From assembly GCA_965267575.1 (NCBI GenBank), contig OZ254086.1, positions 512,001-576,000 of the forward strand: a stretch of 64,000 nt of DNA. The letters are read 5' to 3'. This document shows positions 27,566 through 37,016 of the stretch, piece by piece. The DNA is from Calditrichales bacterium (GTDB lineage: Bacteria; Calditrichota; Calditrichia; Calditrichales; J004). Positions within the stretch are counted from its first letter, which is position 1. Each line of letters starts with the position of its first letter. A program made the translations under genes and the position numbers. The notes under the pieces were generated by a model. It ran no database searches and was not told where the DNA came from. It worked only from the letters and a program-made list of their open reading frames with translations.

Positions 27566-27756
27566 AATATTACCTCATTACGGTATATCAAGAGTGGAAT
27601 TTAAGCAGGCAAGAGGGAAGGATTCAAAAGAAAATTTGCTGTTTTTATACAATGTCGGAGTGTCATCTCAAAACCATACCAAGACTGAAGGAATCCGGGT
27701 TTTTCCCAAGGAAATCAGTAAGGGAGAATACAATCTCACGTGCGGTCGTGATAACA

Positions 27757-27887
27757 GTGTCATCCCGGTTGGCATGTTTGTGCCACACCGGGATCTTCCG
27801 GTGATCAAGTACAGGATCAAGATCATGATCATGAACAAAGACTTGAATACCTTAACACGCACTTTAACACCTTAACACACTAACACG
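27757..27887 (-). repeat. Composite repeat, second copy, inverted relative to 8892-9040
   Basis: gtcatcccggttggc...gccacaccgggatct, (gatcaa/gatcat)n, acttgaa, (ttaacac)n abutting the megaprotein stop codon. Confidence 0.75.
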
Positions 27888-30800
27888 TTAGTGCGATTCA
27901 TATCCTTTCAACCCGCCTTTGGGCACAATTAATTTGAACGCATCGCTATTGAATTCAATCATCTTGCCCTGCACATTAAGGTATTCCGAGCCGTTCTTTT
28001 TGTACAACGGAATATTGGACAGGTCAAACATCTCGCGCAGGCGCGGCCGGAAATAATCCCATGTTTCATCGTCGATTGCTTCCACTTTGCCGTGCGTGTA
28101 CTGGGCTTCGAGCAGGCGTTCCTCAGGATCAAAAAACAGGAAGCGTCCGCGTGAGGCGCCACCCAGCATTTTGGTTCCCAGGTATGGCCGCTCATTAAAG
28201 TTTAGCCGGCCCTTCTTGTTAAAATGCAAACCGCTAAAGATAAACTGGCCGCCCATCAGCGATTCGCCGGCATACTTGGTGGCAGACCCAAGAATGGTCA
28301 CTTCCAGCGGCTGGCAGCGGCTGTCATTTACGGAGTTGGTCCAGCAGCGGTCGACCACGTTGCCCATAATGAACACCTTGCCGCCTTTGCTGGCATACCC
28401 GCACACTTTGCCGGCGTTGCCAAAGATATAGAGGTTGCCGTGATGCATGCACATAGCCGTAAAGTTCTGCGCGTTGCCGTGCAGGCGTATCGTACCGCCC
28501 TGCATGAAGGCGCCAAAATATTCACCCACCGAGCCGTAGACGTCCATTTCCACATCATCGGTGTTGCCTCTGCCCATTACCGCCGTGGAGATAAGACGCT
28601 GGCCGTGCAGCTTGAAAAGGATGAATCGCCGCCAGCCCAATTCATAGGCGCGGTTCAGAAAGGAAGCCAGCACAAAATCGGGATCGCTGCCCTCCGGCAG
28701 AAAACCCCTGGCATTTACGATCAGTGTTTCATCCTTCGCGGGCTTTTCGTTGAAGGTTACCCCCTGCTCCATGCTGAAATAGCGATAGCCGCGGTAGTCA
28801 TGCTTCGCCGCCCGTTGCAGCAACCTGTTTATATAATACTGCGCCATATCCTGCAATGAGCTGATCGCCTTTTCGCCGGGATCAAGCGTGCACAGATAAT
28901 CACGCAGCCAGGTGAGAATTTCCAGGTTGCGCATAAAAAGGCGGGCGTTTTCCGTTCCATCAACGAGCTGATGCAACAGCCAGTGCAGATCGTTGAAGCT
29001 GAGCGCGGCCAGGTTCTTGGTCATAAAACTGCGGTGATTGTCTTCCCAGCCGCTGAAGTCTTCCTGTGGTTTGTTGAGGATACGGGCACGGCGCACGCTG
29101 TAGTGCAGACCCGCTTCATCCAGTTGCATGCGGTTTCCGTAGCGGTCACAGAATTCGTAATCGTGGATTTTGCTTTTCTCGTCAAAACGGTAGCGGCTGA
29201 TCATGCCGGGGCTGACCGTCGTATGGTCGGCCATTGCGCCATCGATAAGGCCCTCTTTGTCCATCAGGTGAAGCATACGCTGTACCGCCTGCTCTTCCGA
29301 AGCGATCATCGTAAAAGCACGCTTTTTACCGTTGTTCTGATCATGCCAGAATGCGGTCACGTTGGGCCGCAGGTCTGCCGGATCCTTAATGTCCACGCGT
29401 TCGCTGACTTTGCGGTAGGGATCGTGGCGCAGGCACAGGTACTGGTAAGGTCCGTCCGGCGAGCTGGCAAATTCCACGCGCTGCACCGCTTCAAGCTGGG
29501 CGCGCAGTTTTTCATCCACGAGCTCAAGGTCATCGCCGGTGGTAGGTGAAAGACTCTCGAAAATAGCCCAGTCCGGATAACCCCACTCATCAGCGATCAA
29601 ATGGAATTTCAGCGCTGCCACCTCGGTATCGGTACTGGCAAGCGGGTAAAGATTAAACTGCTCCACACGTTGTTTGAGCGCCTCGAAATTGGTGGTTTCC
29701 CCGTTGTGCGTAAGTGCCGTATGCAGCTTGGCAAACGGATGCGAATTCATCTGTTCCACGACGGAGCCGGTGGCCAGACGCACGTGGATGATGTTGTTGG
29801 GCGCATCAGGCGTCTGCCAGGGGATCACGCGGCCGGCCGTTTTCCAGGTGGCGAAGTTTTTGCCGCAACTCATCACCGCGGCAATCTTGTAACTGCGGTC
29901 TTTGTAAAGCTGGCGGTTGCGCTCGTAGGGATAGGTGTTAATAAAGCGGCGCAGGTTGGTCAGCTCCTCTTCGCTGACATTGCCGTCATGGTGCGCGGGA
30001 TGGCCGTCGTCTCCCATCAGGGATGTATCCGCGGCTTCGGAAACATACAAAACCCGCGTCAGGTTCAGTGAATGATCAAAGACATAAAGGTCTTCCGCTT
30101 TTTGAATAAACTCTTCCGACTTTTCATAATTTTCTTTGGTCACATCCGGGAACTGGTGCTCCAGGAATTTTGACCAGTCGTATTTGAGCAGCGTTTTCTC
30201 AATATAATTGTGAACAGCCTCTTTTTTGGCGCGCACAAAGAAACGGAAAATATCACCGGGATCCGTATCGGGATTGCCGAACTCGCGGTAATCCATTTCA
30301 TTGCCCTGTTCATCGCGCTTGTAGGCATCGCGGGCCATCTCCACGCGCGTTTCGCCCACATAGTCAAAATAGGGGTCAAGAAAAACTTTTTTGATTCTTT
30401 CCATCAGCCGGGAGCGCATGAACAGCGTCATCTTGCGCGCTTCTTTGCGCAGATCGTCTTCGCTGAAATCCTGGCCGCTTGTTTGCCACTGCAGGCGCAG
30501 ATTGTTTTCGATCTCCCTCTGTTGTACGCCCTTAACCATAATGCTGTAGGCATAAGCGTCGGGATACTCCGGGAAGCAGAGGGTTTTGGCGATGCCGACG
30601 CCGTCCATGCCGCGGTTTCGCATGGCCTCCAGCGCTTTGTCCAGAATGTAACCCGGAATGGGTTCGGTGCCGTTTACCGCCGCGACACCGCAGTTACTCT
30701 GACCCGTTTCATGTTCCAGGCGTTGCAGAAACAGCTCTTCATCCTTCATGATCGCTTTCTGGATTTCCTTGTTGATGCGGAAGCGGTGGTCCACGCGCTC

Positions 30801-33800
30801 CTTCAGGCCGATCCAGTGGATTTTATCAAAGCGCCCGCGCAGCTCACGGATATCTTTCATGCCCAGCGCCGCCAGCGCGCGCATCACCTGCATCTGCATC
30901 ATGATAAAGGCGTTGATCATCTGCCGCGTGTTGCTGTCCACGTCGCGCAGTTTTTGCATGGTGAGATTGCTGGTGGCAATACCACGGCTGCAGCCGTCGT
31001 GACAGTTGCGGTTGCGGTCGCAGCCCACGCTCACCAGCGAAGCCGTTCCCCAGATAACGCCGTCAGCGCCCAAGGCTACCGCCTTAACCACATCTTCGTA
31101 GGTGCGGATACCGCCGGAGACGACGAACTTGACGTTATTGCGCAGCCCGTCGCGCACCAGCCGGTTGTGGATCAGCGGAATGGCGTATTCCAGGTGCATA
31201 CCCATCTGGCCTTTGATGATGTTAGGGGATGCGCCGGTGCCGCCACGAGGACCATCCAGCCAGACTTCAATCTTCATGCCGTGCTTTTTGGCGTATTCGC
31301 GAATTTCCTGTGAACGCTCGTGGTCTTTGGTGGTGCCGAATTTGGCGCGCACGATTTCATCGGTGTTGTCGCGCGCGATACGAGCCAGGCCGGCGGCAAT
31401 AAACTCAATGTCGATCGACGGTGACACCTTGACAGAAATAACCGCCCCGGGATTGATCATGTGCACCACATCGATGAACGCTTTTACATCTTCAATGGAA
31501 TAGCAGTTGTGGAAGGGAAACGGCGATATAATGCTGCTGTAGCTATGTTTCACCACCGATTCGCAGGCCTGGATAATGTTTTCAAAATCGATTTCGTCAA
31601 TGCTTTTTTCACCGTAAAGGCGATAGACCTCATCCTGGATAGCCAGCAGCGTTTCCTTCAGCTCATCGCTGACGGCGCCTTCCTGCTGCAGCGCGTCCAG
31701 CTTGCGGATGTGCGCCTCAGCCGCCTTTTTCAGGGCATGCTCTTTCTGCTTGCTGATATGGATCAGCCGCTTGATCAGTTTTTCCAGCTGGCTGTTGTCC
31801 AGCTGCTCCAGTCCCTCCACACCACGCAGGTAGGAGACCAGCTTGTTTACCTTTTGTGCCAGGATATGCCCGCCAATACCCATTTTGGCCCCTTGCGAAT
31901 AGGCGATCACCACGCGGCGCGCCTTGCGGATGGTCTGCTTACTGACGCCAAACAGGCCGGTCTTCAGCTCGGTGGAGACAAACGGCTCGTCTTCCTTGTC
32001 AATCACCACCATGAAGGTGACAGGCTTCAGCGCCGGATAACTGGCAATCTTTTCAAATAATTGCGGGTGTTTCTGCTCGCTGATGCCGTTTTCCTTCAGC
32101 CGGCGGCGTATTTCATCCACGCTGCAGCTTTCACCGTCCTCAAACAACGGCGCAATCAGCTCGATCTCTTCTTCATTAAAGAACACCGGCTGGCCTTTGG
32201 AGTCCAGAAACATGCGCGTCGGGTAACCGCCTTCGCCGGTGTCGTACTGGATGCCCAGTTCGCGGGCGGCCACCACATGGGCGCGCCAGCTGTCCAGGCC
32301 AATAGAGCCGACGGATTTGCCGCCAAACATCCACGGTGCTTCCAGGACCAGGTCCTTGTCCAGCGGCAGCGCGCACTGCACCTCATCCAGCTCGCTCTCC
32401 TCCACATCCATCGGGTCTTTGTTGTAGAGAATTTTCATCACATCGAAACCGTCGCCCAGCAGGCCGGTCTGTTTCACCTTGTTGAGGTCCAGCATGCTGA
32501 GATCCCCGGCGCCCATACGGCCCATTGATTCAATCAGCATTCCGGGCCAGACGTAATCGCGCTTGTAGAGGGTCTGGTTGGTTTGCCCCAGCAGGTAAAA
32601 ATTATGTGGAATCTCCAGCGGCACGATCTGTTTTTTAAGCTGCGAGTAGCGGCGAATCGATTTTTCTGGAATGTTTTCATTGGCCAGTTGCGCCGCATTT
32701 ACCGCGGCGTAGGTGTCGATCCAGCTCTCTTTTTCAAACACGTTGCGTTGCAGCCGGTTTTCCAGCGCGTGGAAGTCGATCAATCGGCCTTCTTCGCCCA
32801 CGGTCTTTTTGATGTCTTTAAAGCCCGAAGCACCCAGCACCTCGAGGATCTGCACCTTGCGTGATTCAGCCTGGTTGTTCAGCCGTTTGACCGCCTTCTC
32901 CAGATCGAGGCTGAGCAGCTTCTCGGTGGTTGCTTTATCCTCTTTGATGGCGCGGTAAGTCGATGGGTCCAGCGCCAGCAACGCCGCGAAATCGATCAGG
33001 GTCGCCTCCGCCCCGCGCTGGATGGTCTTTTGCGAATCAGAGGCCAGGCGGATACCGCCGGAAGCGATCAGGCTCACTTCATGGCGCCGCCCGATGCGCA
33101 TCAAATAGTGGTGGATGGCGCGCACGGCGCTGCTGGTAACGAAATATTCGTCCTTGTTGCGCTTGCCGTGGATATGCAGCACATCGATGTTCTGATCCAG
33201 AAAATGGTTGACCATCTCTTTTATTTTCACCGTCGGGCTAAGTGAGCCGATCAGGTCATACTCCGATACCTCGACATAACCGGCAATCAGCGGCAGCGTT
33301 TGTCCGCTGGATTTAACGGAATCGCGAATGTAGGAAATGGTGCGCCCGATGTCCTTGTGATACTCCACCTCAAACATGGGCATGCGCCACAGGTCGGTGA
33401 GCAGCTCGCGGTTGGTGCGCGGGTTTACCTGCAGCCGGTCAATAAGCTCGTGGTCTGCGCGCGGCACCAGTACAGCCGGTAGTTTGTCGTAGTCGCCCTC
33501 GCGCAGGAAGGTGTTGTAATTTTGCAGGATACGCTCCAGCGGTACCACCACGAGGCTTTTCTGCTTTTCGGCCACCTTGATCAGCGCCAGCTCCGCCCGT
33601 CCGTTGCTCTCCAGGCGCAGAGCGTTGTACAGGATCGGCGTCATCAGCTTGATCGTGCGGTGGTCGTTGGGGATCAGGTTTTCCTGCTTGTCGAAACGGC
33701 AATAACTGTCACGCTTACCCAGGATCACGGAAAGCTCTTCCTCGGGATCGCCCTCGTGCAGGCGATTCTGCGCCGGCCCCACGATATGAAAATGAGCAAA

Positions 33801-36494
33801 ACGCTCGGCGTCAAAACCGATACCCATGTGGCGGTCACCCTGGCCCATGCCGCTCACCGGGATCTGCCCCGTGGAAGCTTCTTTATCGATTTCCATGATG
33901 ATATCTTCGGTGACGTACTTGTCGGCCATGTCGGTCAGCTTTGTGCTGCGGTGCACGGTAGTCGTATCATGAATGCGGCTCTGGCGGTTTACCCAGTAGC
34001 GCTTTTCTTCAAGGTCGGTGGCGTTGTAAATAAAATTATCAATGTACGATCGCTCTTCCTGGGCGACTTTGTTTTGCGGGCAGTAGTTGACGCAGGCATT
34101 GCACAGCGCGCAATTCAGATCGAGCAATTCCGGGATTTCACGCGGTTTGCCGTGGCGGGCGCCGTACATGCAGGCGTTCTCGTCGCTGCACATGCCACAA
34201 TGGATACAGGTTTTGGGGTCGATGTAAAGCTGGCCGTATTCGAATCCGCGCGGGTAAACAATATTTAAACCATGCTGCAGGTGCGAGCGGTTGTCTTTCT
34301 GCTCGCTGTGCGTGTGCTCCGTATACAGCGGGCTTTCTTTCATGATCTGCCAGAAGCGCTCGATGTATTCGGCCTTTTCTTTTTGCTCAAGACCCAGCGC
34401 GCGCACAAAACGATTGTCTTCCTCGACCATGTCAAACAGACGGGTGAGCGGGATATCCGTGGGACAGACACGCACGCAGTTATCGCAGCGGGTGCAGGCC
34501 AGAAAACCAAGCGCCTCCTCGCGTGAGATGCTTTCACCTTCCACCAGGCGCTGCGCTGTTTTGCGGCGTGTTATCGGCGTGGCCGGACCGTACATGCCAA
34601 ACACATCGCTGGTGGGACACACCCGCTCGCAGCTGTCACATTCGGCGCAGGGCGAAATGACGCTTTCCAGCGTTTCCGTGCGCTGCTTCTTCAAATCGCT
34701 GGGAACAACCCGCGGCACAAAAAAGCTGCTGACGTTCCAGGCCAGGCGCTGCAGGGGATAAGAGATAAGGTTCTTTTTGCCCTGCTGACGTTTATGGGTA
34801 GTGCGGACAAACCAGCCGTTTAAGGCCGGTGTCAGCGACGAAAACAATCGGAACGCCAAACGCCGCCCGCGCGGATGGAAATATTTGCCGCGGTTAAGCA
34901 GCAAGCCCGGGTCCCAGCTCCGTTTCAGGCGCAGCAGGTCGCGCACAAGGTTGCCGGTAACGCGTTTCCAGCGTTTAAAAAAGGGATAATTCCAAAGGCC
35001 GATGCCGTAGGGGATGGCGCCGAAAAACTGCGCGGCCTGGGTCATCAAAGGCACCAGCCCGAAGTAAATTTTGTGGCGCAGCGTGCGCGTATCGGCCAGC
35101 ACGATGGATTGGATCAGCATGCGCCCTTCCTGCAGCAGGTGGCCTTCGCTTTTCAGATCGATGCCGAGCAGGCGCTGCAGCAGCTGGCGGGTCATGTTCT
35201 GGTAGCCGACGAAGGATTCCAGCGGCAGGATTGTTTCGCTTACCAGCATGGACGGGCCGCTCTGCTTCATCTGCACCGGCAGGAAGCGGTGTTCCCATAG
35301 CTTGTGTGAAAGCTCGGTGGAAAGCTGGCGGAACAGCAACTGCTCCACGCGGATATTTTCGCCGGCGCCGGCAAACAGCCGTGTTTTTAACGCCGCTTCA
35401 AAATCTTCCTGCGCGTCAAAATGCAGCACGAGAATATGGGCGCAGCCTTCCAGCTCACGGATGGTGCGTTTGTCGTCCTGCAGCTCGTTCAGCCGTTTTT
35501 GATCGTTGATCTCCAGGGCCTGGCGGGCGTCGTTTTCATTATGCTTGCGCTCGATGCGCGCGGTTTCGGCGATATAAGCCCTGTCAAAATAGATGACCGA
35601 GGTGGGCCGGATGCGGCGCTGACGCAGGCGCTCAATGTAGGAGGCCACGTCTTCGCTGCGTTCAAAGGAAAAGGCGTAGGGTTTGGAAACAAAAGACTCG
35701 CGGCGCACCTTGAGCGCGCCACCCACGACGATACCAAGTTGCCCTTCGGAGTTGAACAGCGCGTCAAATTCGCCGTCGCGGGGCAGCAGGGTCAGCAATT
35801 GACCGTCCGGCTTTACCACCAGCAGCATTTCCACGGAATCGCGCACGGGGCCGTATTTGTAGCTGCCCAGCCCCAGTCCGCCGGTTACTATCCAGCCGGC
35901 AATTGTGCCGCTGTGCGGATTGGTGATCTCCTGGCACAGGGTGTAGCCTGCCTGTTTCAGAAAGTCGCGCGCTTTGGGAAAAAGCAATCCGGCGCCAAAA
36001 AGCAGGGTGTCGTTATCTTCATCGAGCCGTTTAAAGTCCAGCCCGGAGAGATCGAGCACGATGTCATCGTCCAGCGGGACGCAGCCGCCAAAAGGCCAGG
36101 TACCGGCTCCGCGCACGGTGTAAGAAAGCTTATTCTGCGCGGCATAGCGCACAAAGGCTTGCACGTCTTCCACGCAACCCGGACGCAGTACAAAGGATAA
36201 ACGCACGTTAAGCAGCAAATCCTTTACAAAACCGGGGATGATGTGCGTGCCCGTGTCGTTTTCGTAAACCATTTTCTGCACGGCGTTGGGCAGAAAGATT
36301 TCCGCGCCTTCGGACAATTCCGCGGCAAGCGCCTCCATATATTTGCGGAAGCGCGATGCTTTGCCGGACGCCACAGAGTGGTCTTCAAAAAGAAGGGCGC
36401 GCGCTTTGCGCTGGCTGTTTATGCGTGATGTGATGTTTTGGTTAAGAAAAAAATCGCGGTACTGCTCGAACAGTTCGGGGCCGGGCTGGGTCAT
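27888..36494 (-). CDS. 2868-aa multidomain glutamate-synthase-related oxidoreductase: FAD-linked oxidase, two 2x[4Fe-4S] modules, degenerate FMN barrel, GltB FMN barrel, class II glutamine amidotransferase, GXGXG
   Basis: TVRGAGT..GG and WDPGLLLNRGK (FAD oxidase); CAECDSCERVCP/CTRCDNCVRVCP; CIHCGMC/CALCNACVNYCP; DTGEGG, SQGAKMGIGG, DGPRGGTGA, SGGIRT, CDRNRNCHDGC; NCGVAA, HVRLAT, HPF, HNGE, DTE; GxxG beta-helix repeats. Confidence 0.9.
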   Translation of the reverse strand: MTQPGPELFEQYRDFFLNQNITSRINSQRKARALLFEDHSVASGKASRFRKYMEALAAELSEGAEIFLPNAVQKMVYENDTGTHIIPGFVKDLLLNVRLSFVLRPGCVEDVQAFVRYAAQNKLSYTVRGAGTWPFGGCVPLDDDIVLDLSGLDFKRLDEDNDTLLFGAGLLFPKARDFLKQAGYTLCQEITNPHSGTIAGWIVTGGLGLGSYKYGPVRDSVEMLLVVKPDGQLLTLLPRDGEFDALFNSEGQLGIVVGGALKVRRESFVSKPYAFSFERSEDVASYIERLRQRRIRPTSVIYFDRAYIAETARIERKHNENDARQALEINDQKRLNELQDDKRTIRELEGCAHILVLHFDAQEDFEAALKTRLFAGAGENIRVEQLLFRQLSTELSHKLWEHRFLPVQMKQSGPSMLVSETILPLESFVGYQNMTRQLLQRLLGIDLKSEGHLLQEGRMLIQSIVLADTRTLRHKIYFGLVPLMTQAAQFFGAIPYGIGLWNYPFFKRWKRVTGNLVRDLLRLKRSWDPGLLLNRGKYFHPRGRRLAFRLFSSLTPALNGWFVRTTHKRQQGKKNLISYPLQRLAWNVSSFFVPRVVPSDLKKQRTETLESVISPCAECDSCERVCPTSDVFGMYGPATPITRRKTAQRLVEGESISREEALGFLACTRCDNCVRVCPTDIPLTRLFDMVEEDNRFVRALGLEQKEKAEYIERFWQIMKESPLYTEHTHSEQKDNRSHLQHGLNIVYPRGFEYGQLYIDPKTCIHCGMCSDENACMYGARHGKPREIPELLDLNCALCNACVNYCPQNKVAQEERSYIDNFIYNATDLEEKRYWVNRQSRIHDTTTVHRSTKLTDMADKYVTEDIIMEIDKEASTGQIPVSGMGQGDRHMGIGFDAERFAHFHIVGPAQNRLHEGDPEEELSVILGKRDSYCRFDKQENLIPNDHRTIKLMTPILYNALRLESNGRAELALIKVAEKQKSLVVVPLERILQNYNTFLREGDYDKLPAVLVPRADHELIDRLQVNPRTNRELLTDLWRMPMFEVEYHKDIGRTISYIRDSVKSSGQTLPLIAGYVEVSEYDLIGSLSPTVKIKEMVNHFLDQNIDVLHIHGKRNKDEYFVTSSAVRAIHHYLMRIGRRHEVSLIASGGIRLASDSQKTIQRGAEATLIDFAALLALDPSTYRAIKEDKATTEKLLSLDLEKAVKRLNNQAESRKVQILEVLGASGFKDIKKTVGEEGRLIDFHALENRLQRNVFEKESWIDTYAAVNAAQLANENIPEKSIRRYSQLKKQIVPLEIPHNFYLLGQTNQTLYKRDYVWPGMLIESMGRMGAGDLSMLDLNKVKQTGLLGDGFDVMKILYNKDPMDVEESELDEVQCALPLDKDLVLEAPWMFGGKSVGSIGLDSWRAHVVAARELGIQYDTGEGGYPTRMFLDSKGQPVFFNEEEIELIAPLFEDGESCSVDEIRRRLKENGISEQKHPQLFEKIASYPALKPVTFMVVIDKEDEPFVSTELKTGLFGVSKQTIRKARRVVIAYSQGAKMGIGGHILAQKVNKLVSYLRGVEGLEQLDNSQLEKLIKRLIHISKQKEHALKKAAEAHIRKLDALQQEGAVSDELKETLLAIQDEVYRLYGEKSIDEIDFENIIQACESVVKHSYSSIISPFPFHNCYSIEDVKAFIDVVHMINPGAVISVKVSPSIDIEFIAAGLARIARDNTDEIVRAKFGTTKDHERSQEIREYAKKHGMKIEVWLDGPRGGTGASPNIIKGQMGMHLEYAIPLIHNRLVRDGLRNNVKFVVSGGIRTYEDVVKAVALGADGVIWGTASLVSVGCDRNRNCHDGCSRGIATSNLTMQKLRDVDSNTRQMINAFIMMQMQVMRALAALGMKDIRELRGRFDKIHWIGLKERVDHRFRINKEIQKAIMKDEELFLQRLEHETGQSNCGVAAVNGTEPIPGYILDKALEAMRNRGMDGVGIAKTLCFPEYPDAYAYSIMVKGVQQREIENNLRLQWQTSGQDFSEDDLRKEARKMTLFMRSRLMERIKKVFLDPYFDYVGETRVEMARDAYKRDEQGNEMDYREFGNPDTDPGDIFRFFVRAKKEAVHNYIEKTLLKYDWSKFLEHQFPDVTKENYEKSEEFIQKAEDLYVFDHSLNLTRVLYVSEAADTSLMGDDGHPAHHDGNVSEEELTNLRRFINTYPYERNRQLYKDRSYKIAAVMSCGKNFATWKTAGRVIPWQTPDAPNNIIHVRLATGSVVEQMNSHPFAKLHTALTHNGETTNFEALKQRVEQFNLYPLASTDTEVAALKFHLIADEWGYPDWAIFESLSPTTGDDLELVDEKLRAQLEAVQRVEFASSPDGPYQYLCLRHDPYRKVSERVDIKDPADLRPNVTAFWHDQNNGKKRAFTMIASEEQAVQRMLHLMDKEGLIDGAMADHTTVSPGMISRYRFDEKSKIHDYEFCDRYGNRMQLDEAGLHYSVRRARILNKPQEDFSGWEDNHRSFMTKNLAALSFNDLHWLLHQLVDGTENARLFMRNLEILTWLRDYLCTLDPGEKAISSLQDMAQYYINRLLQRAAKHDYRGYRYFSMEQGVTFNEKPAKDETLIVNARGFLPEGSDPDFVLASFLNRAYELGWRRFILFKLHGQRLISTAVMGRGNTDDVEMDVYGSVGEYFGAFMQGGTIRLHGNAQNFTAMCMHHGNLYIFGNAGKVCGYASKGGKVFIMGNVVDRCWTNSVNDSRCQPLEVTILGSATKYAGESLMGGQFIFSGLHFNKKGRLNFNERPYLGTKMLGGASRGRFLFFDPEERLLEAQYTHGKVEAIDDETWDYFRPRLREMFDLSNIPLYKKNGSEYLNVQGKMIEFNSDAFKLIVPKGGLKGYESH

Positions 36495-36652
36495 AAGGCT
36501 GATCCTTTTGGTCGCGTAAAGCCATTAATATAATACCCGAATCGGCAGCATGTGTGACAAAGTTGAAAAACGGTGCGGATAATCTGCGGTGATGGAGTGA
36601 AAGTATATGCCGGTCTGTTTCAGGCCGCCCACAGGGATAAAAGCATTCGCCT

Positions 36653-36746
36653 GTCACCCCGGTCTTGCGCCGGGGTCTCTTCCTGAACCCCGGCAAAGCT
36701 CCCCGGCTCGGAAAAAGACCAGCCGGATTATTCCTGGCACCGTGAC
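36653..36746. repeat. REP-like palindrome cluster (GTCACCCCGG...CCGGGGTCTCT...GTGAC)
   Basis: Similar to 12662-12689 and 23339-23367. Confidence 0.6.
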
Positions 36747-36749
36747 AAT

Positions 36750-36844
36750 CCATTGCTTTACACTTACCCATTTCCTCATTCTGAACTCGTTTCAGAATCC
36801 CGCCCGTCCCGTGAAAAAGATCCTGAAATAAATTCAGGATGACG
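36750..36844 (+). repeat. ~95-bp direct repeat, copy 1 (paired hairpins TCATTCTGAA..TTCAGAATC and GATCCTGAA..TTCAGGATGAC)
   Basis: Aligns almost base for base with 40245-40339. Confidence 0.9.
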
Positions 36845-36924
36845 GTGCCAGATGTTAACAACATTTCTTAATCACCCCGCAACATCTTTCTATTTTCTCC
36901 TGCAACTCTTATATTTCCTCTAAA

Positions 36925-36956
36925 CAAAAAAGCCCCCGGCTAAACCCGGGGGCCTT
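36925..36956 (-). terminator. Intrinsic terminator of the secreted-protein pair
   Basis: aaaaaa-gcccccgg-ctaaac-ccgggggc on the plus strand. Confidence 0.75.
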
Positions 36957-37016
36957 AATAAACCTGTCGGCGGTTCTGGGGCCTCTGCCAAAAGACCTTT
37001 ACCAAAGACAGGTTTT

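Noticed and set aside
30210-31313. 367-aa plus-strand ORF and other ORFs within 27888-36494
   Set aside because: Antisense or off-frame shadows of the megaprotein.
36442-36864. 140-aa minus-strand ORF upstream of the megaprotein
   Set aside because: Made of palindromic repeat sequence (VILNLFQD) and overlaps the megaprotein start.
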